Origin: an uncultured Candidatus Saccharibacteria bacterium
GTDB lineage: Bacteria > Patescibacteriota > UBA1384 > XYA2-FULL-43-10 > 1-14-0-10-43-13
Assembly: GCA_964543385.1 (NCBI GenBank)
Contig: CAZIYE010000001.1
Span: 90,001 to 122,000 of the forward strand
Length of the DNA stretch: 32,000 nt
Direction: 5' to 3'
A model generated the notes under the pieces. It was not told where the DNA came from and ran no database searches. It saw only the letters and a program-made list of their open reading frames with translations. Below, piece by piece: positions 26,645 through 32,000 of the stretch. The position numbers were made by a program, and so were the translations under genes. Numbering within the stretch: position 1 is the first letter of the stretch; the number at the start of each line of letters is the position of its first letter.

Positions 26645-26673
26645 ATTTTAGCACTAAAACGAATTTATGTCAA
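26645..26673 (-). promoter_or_regulatory. Strong promoter for the minus-strand transglycosylase gene
   Basis: Minus strand TTGACA (26673-26668), 17-nt spacer, TAAAAT (26650-26645). Confidence 0.78.
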
Positions 26674-26829
26674 TAGACAAAGTCCATTTTTGTGCTTATA
26701 GCAACTTACACTGATATCATTTTTTTGTCAACATCTACAACTAAAGTAAGCTCTAATTTGTTGCTTTTTGGAAGTTCTGTGAGATAATTTATCTAGTTCA
26801 TTTTAAATATGAGAGGAGCTCATAACACT

Positions 26830-27330
26830 ATGAGAGACAATTATTGGTTAAAACAAAAATTAGATATGATCTGGGGGAAATATTTTAGCGATGTCAAAAA
26901 ATTGAATGATATCCATATTCACTTTGGTCGCAAAGCCAAAAGGAGACTTGCTAGTATTCGTCAGATTAATAGATTCAATAAAAACTCTGATACAGAGATA
27001 AAAATAACCGGCTACTACAAAAATCACGAAGTTCCAGAGTATATTATTGATGTCACTATTGCCCATGAGCTATGTCATTATGCACATGGCTTTGCCTCAC
27101 CATTACCCAAATTTTCCAAATTTCCTCATCGAGGAGATGTTGTTGACAATGAATTAAGACAGAGAGGATTAGGGAAAATGCTTGCTCTTCAAGAGGAATG
27201 GCTGCATAACAGCTGGAATAATGTGGTTAAAACTGAAATCTTTGTCAAAAAACATAGCTATGTTAGAAAAATTAGAAAGAAAAAGAGTCCTGTCCTAAGC
27301 TTTATTCGAAAATTAGTTTTTAGCAGCTAA
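26830..27330 (+). CDS. SprT-like zinc metallopeptidase-fold protein
   Basis: IDVTIAHELCHYAHG (HExxH) with downstream RRGLGKMLALQEEWLHNSWNN. An alternative ATG at 26809 is in frame. Confidence 0.7.
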   Translation: MRDNYWLKQKLDMIWGKYFSDVKKLNDIHIHFGRKAKRRLASIRQINRFNKNSDTEIKITGYYKNHEVPEYIIDVTIAHELCHYAHGFASPLPKFSKFPHRGDVVDNELRQRGLGKMLALQEEWLHNSWNNVVKTEIFVKKHSYVRKIRKKKSPVLSFIRKLVFSS

Positions 27331-27345
27331 TTATAATCATTTGCC

Positions 27346-27687
27346 ATGAAAAATTGTATTTTTTGCAAAATAGTAAATAAAGAGATACCTGCAGATATTG
27401 TCTATGAGGACAAAGATTTTATTGCGCTTAAAGATATTTATCCACAAGCGAAGATTCACATTCTAGTAATTTCAAAAAAGCATCTGCAATCAGTGGCAGA
27501 TTTTACAATCCAAGATGCAGAGCTAATAGGGAATTTAGTTATAACTGCCAACAAAATTGCTAAAATGTTAGAAATCGACAAGTCTGGCTATAGATTAGTC
27601 ACAAATTCAGGGATAGACTCTGGCCAGGCCGTACAACATCTACATTGGCATATTCTAGGCGGAGAAAAATTAGGGCCAATCGCCTGA
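27346..27687 (+). CDS. HIT family protein (HINT-like)
   Basis: CIFCKIVNKEIPADIVYEDKDFIALKDIYPQAKIHILVISKKH and the histidine triad GQAVQHLHWHILGG. Confidence 0.95.
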   Translation: MKNCIFCKIVNKEIPADIVYEDKDFIALKDIYPQAKIHILVISKKHLQSVADFTIQDAELIGNLVITANKIAKMLEIDKSGYRLVTNSGIDSGQAVQHLHWHILGGEKLGPIA

Positions 27688-27698
27688 GATTTTAGGAC

Positions 27699-27727
27699 TT
27701 GCCATTTTTAGACTTTTAAGCTATAAT
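27699..27727 (+). promoter_or_regulatory. Probable promoter of the rpsU gene cluster
   Basis: TTGCCA (27699-27704), 17-nt spacer, TATAAT (27722-27727). Confidence 0.65.
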
Positions 27728-27776
27728 TTCTCATATTAAATATTTAAATCTGAAATACCGGAAGGTGGTGATTTAC

Positions 27777-27971
27777 TTGATCGAGGTTCGACGCAAAGGA
27801 GAAGAAAGACTTGATGTCATGGTTCGGAGATTCAACCGCGAAGTACAACAAAGCGGAGTTTTGACTGTGGCTAAAACAAGAAGATTCTTTGAAAAAGATA
27901 TTAATCGTGGCGAAAGACGCAAGTCTGCAATTCGAAGAAACGAGATTAATAAGCTCAAACGCGGTTGGTAA
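27777..27971 (+). CDS. rpsU: Small ribosomal subunit protein bS21
   Basis: IEVRRKGEERLDVMVRRFNREVQQSGVLTVAKTRRFFEKDINRGERRKSAIRR. GGAAGGTGGTG SD before TTG 27777. Confidence 0.93.
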   Translation: MIEVRRKGEERLDVMVRRFNREVQQSGVLTVAKTRRFFEKDINRGERRKSAIRRNEINKLKRGW

Positions 27972-28010
27972 ATTAGCGACATTTATAATCTAGTATTGAG
28001 GATTTTTACC

Positions 28011-28457
28011 GTGAATCTAAAAGAAAGAATCGAGAAAGATTTTATTACGAGCTATAAAGCAAAAGAAGAGACTAACGTCTCTGTTTTGCGTATGGTAAAA
28101 AGCGCTATTAAAAACGCTGAGATTGCCGAAAAACAACTACTGGCAGAAGAGGGCGTGATAAAAATTCTCAAAAGAGAAGTAAAACAACGCCTAGATTCAA
28201 TTAGTGAATATGAAAAAGCAAACAGACCCGATTTAGCCAATAAGGAAAAGGGTGAAGTAGAAATAATCAAGAGATATCTACCAGAAGATTTGTCCGATGA
28301 ACAAATTGGTACGATTATCGCCGAATCAATTGCAGAAACTGGTGCCAACGAGATGAAAGATATGGGAAAAGTAATTGCTCTTGTGATGCAAAAGACCAAG
28401 GGTCTTGCAGACGGTTCAAAAGTTTCAGCAGTAGTTAGATCGAAACTTTCACAATAA
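28011..28457 (+). CDS. GatB/YqeY domain protein
   Basis: NLKERIEKDFITSYKAKEETNVSVLRMVKSAIKNAEI, EIIKRYLPEDLSDEQI and MGKVIALVMQKTKGLADGSKVSAVV. GTG start 28011 preceded by a GAGGAT SD-like sequence. Confidence 0.9.
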   Translation: MNLKERIEKDFITSYKAKEETNVSVLRMVKSAIKNAEIAEKQLLAEEGVIKILKREVKQRLDSISEYEKANRPDLANKEKGEVEIIKRYLPEDLSDEQIGTIIAESIAETGANEMKDMGKVIALVMQKTKGLADGSKVSAVVRSKLSQ

Positions 28458-28458
28458 A

Positions 28459-29364
28459 ATGAAAAAGAATCTATTCAAAATATCCATATTACCTATATGT
28501 ATAGGATTAACAATATTTCTATTGGTGTTTCTGGCAGAGACAGTCAGTTCTGTTTTTTATCTGAATATATATGCCAGGCTTACTGTGATTTTGATAGTTT
28601 CATTTTTATTGGGAATATTAATAAATAGTGGTTTTTTCCTCTTTATACCAATATTCAAAGACTCGGTCATGGCCTTAAGACAGATGTACCGCTTTGAAAG
28701 TCTTTCTCATCCACTTTTGATGAGATTGTCTTATGAGGCACCAGGAACGTATCATCACTCCATAAATGTTTCTATTTTATCCCAAAAAGCTGCTAAGTCT
28801 ATTGGCTGCGACGCATTATTGGTGCGGCTCGGTGCATACTATCACGACATCGGTAAATTAGAATCGCCGGCCCAATATATAGAGAACCAATCAGGCGCTG
28901 AAATACCTCATAGTGAGGATGCTGAATCAATTCGCAAAGACGCGAGTAAGATTATCTCCCATGTTAAAAAAGGCGTAGAAATTGCTATAGAGAATCATCT
29001 GCCAGAAGAGGTAATCAATCTAATATCAGAACACCATGGCACCACAAGAGTGCTATATTTCTATGAAAGAGCTAAAGAAAAAGGCCTAAAGATCAAAAAA
29101 ACCGACTTCAAATATTTTGGACCTACGCCGCAATCAAAAGAGGCCGTTATATTGATGCTTTCTGATTCCTGCGAGGCAGCGGCTAGAGCCATACCAAATC
29201 TGACGCAGGAAGGGATGGCCGAACTAGTTAACAATGCTATGGATGACAAGGCCTCTGAAGGTCAATTTGAAAATTCTGGCATCTCACAGAATGATTTATT
29301 AAAAATTAAGGAGTCTCTGATCGAGACCCTAGGATCTATCTATCATCAAAGGATGCTTTCATAA
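28459..29364 (+). CDS. HD-domain (HDIG, PgpH/YqfF-like) membrane phosphohydrolase without the large extracellular domain
   Basis: Two N-terminal TMs, then HPLLMRLSYEAPGTYHHSINVSILSQKAAKSIG, LGAYYHDIGKLESP and ISHVKKGVEIAIENHLPEEVINLISEHHGTTRVLYFY. Confidence 0.85.
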   Translation: MKKNLFKISILPICIGLTIFLLVFLAETVSSVFYLNIYARLTVILIVSFLLGILINSGFFLFIPIFKDSVMALRQMYRFESLSHPLLMRLSYEAPGTYHHSINVSILSQKAAKSIGCDALLVRLGAYYHDIGKLESPAQYIENQSGAEIPHSEDAESIRKDASKIISHVKKGVEIAIENHLPEEVINLISEHHGTTRVLYFYERAKEKGLKIKKTDFKYFGPTPQSKEAVILMLSDSCEAAARAIPNLTQEGMAELVNNAMDDKASEGQFENSGISQNDLLKIKESLIETLGSIYHQRMLS

Positions 29365-29757
29365 ATGAATAAAATTGATATTGACAATAGAACCAACAAC
29401 ATTGTTAACACAGAATTAGTGGAAAAGATTGTCAACGATATGCTTGAAGAATTTGGCATCCAAAATAGTTTTTTAGAAATTATTTTCGTCGGCAAAGATG
29501 ATATGTCAAATCTCAATACCAAATACCGCAGCGTAGATAAACCTACAGATGTATTATCTTTTCCTCAACCAGAAATTAAAGAGGCTCCTACAAAAATTTT
29601 AGGAAGTATAGCAATAAGCCCTGAAGTTACTGATGAGAAGGAGGAGGATTTGTCTGACGTTATCAAACACGGCTTATTACATTTGCTCGGATTTGATCAC
29701 GAAGAAGATGAAAATGTTTGGCAAGAAGCAGCAGATAGAATTAATTGCAAACTCTAG
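29365..29757 (+). CDS. ybeY: Endoribonuclease YbeY
   Basis: VDKPTDVLSFP, LGSIAISPEVT and HGLLHLLGFDH. Confidence 0.95.
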   Translation: MNKIDIDNRTNNIVNTELVEKIVNDMLEEFGIQNSFLEIIFVGKDDMSNLNTKYRSVDKPTDVLSFPQPEIKEAPTKILGSIAISPEVTDEKEEDLSDVIKHGLLHLLGFDHEEDENVWQEAADRINCKL

Positions 29758-29767
29758 AAAGAAATAT

Positions 29768-30205
29768 ATGAAAGAAAATACATCTAAGGAAGTAGCAGCA
29801 AGATCATGTAATCCAAACGGTCCCATTAGCTATAAACCTTTTAGTTTTGGAAAATTATGTTCAAGCTTTGATAATGCTATCAGAGGCGTCATCTTTCTTC
29901 TGAAATCAGAACAAAATGCCAGAGTACATGCAATCGCCACTATCCTCGTAGGGGTAACCGCATATATACTTGAGGTCTCGAGAATCGAAGCAGCAATATT
30001 ATTTATGGCTGTAATTCTTGTCTTTGCGATTGAAATAATAAACACAGCAATTGAAAAGGTCTTTGATGTTCTGCATCCAGAAAAACATAATATTATAAGG
30101 GCTGTTAAAGACGCGATGGCTGGTGCAGTCCTAATCAGTGCCATCATTGCCATCGTAGTTGCGCTTTTAATATTCTTGCCATACATTAAGAAACTAGTAT
30201 TGTAG
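29768..30205 (+). CDS. dgkA: Diacylglycerol/undecaprenol kinase, DgkA family
   Basis: SEQNARVHAIATILV, VFAIEIINTAIEKVFDVL and AVKDAMAGAVLISAIIAIVVALLIFLP. The ORF-track start at 29633 overlaps ybeY; ATG 29768 is preferred. Confidence 0.92.
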   Translation: MKENTSKEVAARSCNPNGPISYKPFSFGKLCSSFDNAIRGVIFLLKSEQNARVHAIATILVGVTAYILEVSRIEAAILFMAVILVFAIEIINTAIEKVFDVLHPEKHNIIRAVKDAMAGAVLISAIIAIVVALLIFLPYIKKLVL

Positions 30206-30207
30206 TC

Positions 30208-30247
30208 TTGCGAAGTAATCATCTATAAGGTAAAATTTACCTTATAG
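30208..30247 (+). promoter_or_regulatory. Candidate ftsA promoter with -10 embedded in a perfect palindrome
   Basis: TTGCGA (30208-30213), 17 nt, TAAAAT (30231-30236). Palindrome CTATAAGGTAAA-A-TTTACCTTATAG at 30223-30247. Confidence 0.55.
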
Positions 30248-30270
30248 AAAAGTCATTTTTGGAGGGAACC

Positions 30271-31506
30271 GTGCGAGAATCCAACATTTCAGTCGGTATA
30301 GATATAGGAAACACAAAGGTTATTACGTGTGTTGGTAAAATTGATAATGGTTCAATCGACATTATTGGCGTAGGTAAAAGCGAAAATCAAGGCATCAGAA
30401 AGGGCGTGATTGTCGATATTGAGGAAACTGTTTCAGCAATATCAGCATCGCTAAATGAAGCTGAGAGAATGGCTGGACTTGCAATAGATAATGCCACTCT
30501 TGGTATTTCCGGACCTTTCATCGAGTCAGAACAAAGCAGGGGAGTCATAGCTGTTTCTAGGCAAGATGGTGAGATTAGCCAGGAAGATACACTACGTGTA
30601 ATCGAAGCAGCACGCGCAATTCCAAGTCGACCCAACAGAGAAGTTCTTCATGTCTTGCCGATGAACTTTATTATTGATAGCAATGAGGTAGTAAAAGATC
30701 CTATCGGAATGACAGGCATTAGACTAGAAGTCCTTTCAAATATTATTTCCGCTTCCTCAAACGCTGTGAAATCATTACTTCGCTCCGTCGAGCAAGCAGG
30801 GCTTGCAAGCACAGAAATGGTGTTTTCTCCGTTAGCTACTGCTAAAGTTTTGCTAACAAAAAGACAAATGGATATTGGAGTTATGCTGGTAGATATTGGT
30901 GCAGCTACCACTTCATATGCAGTTTACGAAGAGGGCGAACTGATAACATGCGGCGTAGTGCCGGTAGGATCGATGCACATAACAAATGATATTGCTATTG
31001 GATTACGAACTAATATTGATCTTGCTGAGATTATAAAGATAAAATATGGCTATGCTCTTCCTGATAGAGTTGGAGAGAAAGAAGAAATTGACCTTTCTAA
31101 ACTAGATAAAAATGAGGATGGAAAAGTAAATCTTCGGTATGTAGCTGAGATTATAGAAGCACGATTAAATGAAATTTTCTCTTTAATAAAAGATAACCTC
31201 ACACGACTAGACTGCAATGTCGCCCTACCTGCAGGTGTTATCATTACCGGTGGTGGCTCGAAAATTGATGGTATTATTGAAATGACAAAAGAAACAATGA
31301 GATTGCCAGCGGCTTATGGCAAACCGAACATTGAGATCTCCGGCCTTATTGACAAGTTAGATGATCCAATATATTCTACAAGCATAGGTTTGATGTATTG
31401 GGGCAAAGACAGTTCTAATACCCCCTCTACATTAAATTTTGACATACCAGGAATTGACAAAATTGTTGGTAAATTCAAGTCTGCATTTAAAAATTTCATA
31501 CCATAA
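30271..31506 (+). CDS. ftsA: Cell division protein FtsA
   Basis: [62 protein letters not shown] and [22 protein letters not shown] before GTG 30271. Confidence 0.94.
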   Translation: MRESNISVGIDIGNTKVITCVGKIDNGSIDIIGVGKSENQGIRKGVIVDIEETVSAISASLNEAERMAGLAIDNATLGISGPFIESEQSRGVIAVSRQDGEISQEDTLRVIEAARAIPSRPNREVLHVLPMNFIIDSNEVVKDPIGMTGIRLEVLSNIISASSNAVKSLLRSVEQAGLASTEMVFSPLATAKVLLTKRQMDIGVMLVDIGAATTSYAVYEEGELITCGVVPVGSMHITNDIAIGLRTNIDLAEIIKIKYGYALPDRVGEKEEIDLSKLDKNEDGKVNLRYVAEIIEARLNEIFSLIKDNLTRLDCNVALPAGVIITGGGSKIDGIIEMTKETMRLPAAYGKPNIEISGLIDKLDDPIYSTSIGLMYWGKDSSNTPSTLNFDIPGIDKIVGKFKSAFKNFIP

Positions 31507-31538
31507 AAGTATTAAGTATTCATACCATAAGGACCAGC

Positions 31539-32000
31539 ATGATTGAAAAGAATTCGGAATTAGCCAATTTTGCCAATATCAAAGTTATTGGCGTTGGCGG
31601 CTCTGGAGGGAGCGCAGTCACTCGAATGATAAATTCGAAGCTGCGTGGTATTGAATTTATCGCAATTAATACAGATTCTCAGGCACTCGCTTTCAATGAA
31701 GCACCTGTAAAAATTCAGATAGGCAAAGAGTCAACTAGAGGATTAGGCGCTGGTGCTGATCCAGAAGTTGGTCGCAAAGCTGTTGAGGAAAACAAAGAAG
31801 AAGTATATGAAGCCTTAAAAGGTGCTGATATGGTCTTTGTTACTTGTGGTATGGGTGGTGGTACTGGCACTGGTGCCGCTCCTTTCGTAGCAGATATTGC
31901 AAAAGAACTCGGAGCTTTGACAGTTGGTGTTGTTACCAAGCCTTTTACTTTTGAAGGTATGCGAAGAAAGAAAATCGCCGAGCTCGGTATTGCCGAAATG
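31539..32000 (+). CDS. ftsZ: Cell division protein FtsZ (3'-truncated by window edge)
   Basis: [32 protein letters not shown] and [38 protein letters not shown]. Confidence 0.96.
   Translation, partial: MIEKNSELANFANIKVIGVGGSGGSAVTRMINSKLRGIEFIAINTDSQALAFNEAPVKIQIGKESTRGLGAGADPEVGRKAVEENKEEVYEALKGADMVFVTCGMGGGTGTGAAPFVADIAKELGALTVGVVTKPFTFEGMRRKKIAELGIAEM

Noticed and set aside
29633-29767. Upstream extension of DgkA
   Set aside because: It overlaps the ybeY coding region and encodes an Arg-rich nonsensical segment. ATG 29768 gives a standard DgkA length.
1-32000. CRISPR arrays, transposases, phage genes, toxin-antitoxin or other classical defence systems
   Set aside because: I looked through the coding regions and gaps and saw no regularly spaced repeats, no integrase/transposase/nuclease cassette and no TA-like pairs.
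1-32000. tRNA and rRNA genes in intergenic gaps
   Set aside because: No acceptor-stem/T-loop (GGTTCGANTCC) patterns or rRNA-like sequence were seen. The gaps are mostly short and AT-rich.

Overview
A gene-dense, AT-rich bacterial chromosome segment using the standard code (UGA as stop). Gene content and several compact or truncated proteins suggest a Patescibacteria/CPR-like or similarly reduced lineage; this assignment is inference only. Nearly everything is housekeeping: MreB (partial); three translationally coupled glycosyltransferases; peptidase U32; a short pyruvate kinase; NusA; ClpC-like ATPase; RelA/SpoT; HisRS; a CPBP-protease/SpoU-methyltransferase fusion; RlmD/TrmA-like methyltransferase; LexA; 3-methyladenine glycosylase; DUF362; LytR_C; TrxB; DUF3048; enolase; a lytic transglycosylase (minus strand); SprT-like; HIT; bS21; YqeY; PgpH-like HD; YbeY; DgkA; FtsA; FtsZ (partial). 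I found no CRISPR array, transposon, phage, tRNA or rRNA, and no clear defence island. The best second-look items are: (1) a probable unannotated GC-rich structured ncRNA on the minus strand (about 18783 to 18661) with its own TTGACA-N17-TAATAT promoter and a strong 3' hairpin; (2) three GTTY half-sites at exactly 11-bp period in the lexA promoter, resembling the direct-repeat (GTTC-N7-GTTC) alphaproteobacterial SOS box; (3) a one-ORF fusion of a CPBP intramembrane protease and a SpoU rRNA/tRNA methylase; (4) two isolated GC-rich orphan genes with native-looking consensus promoters; (5) perfect palindromes embedded in the ftsA and clpC promoters; (6) promoters placed directly in front of terminator-like hairpins upstream of nusA and of the lytic transglycosylase gene; (7) a pyruvate kinase that lacks its C-terminal domain.
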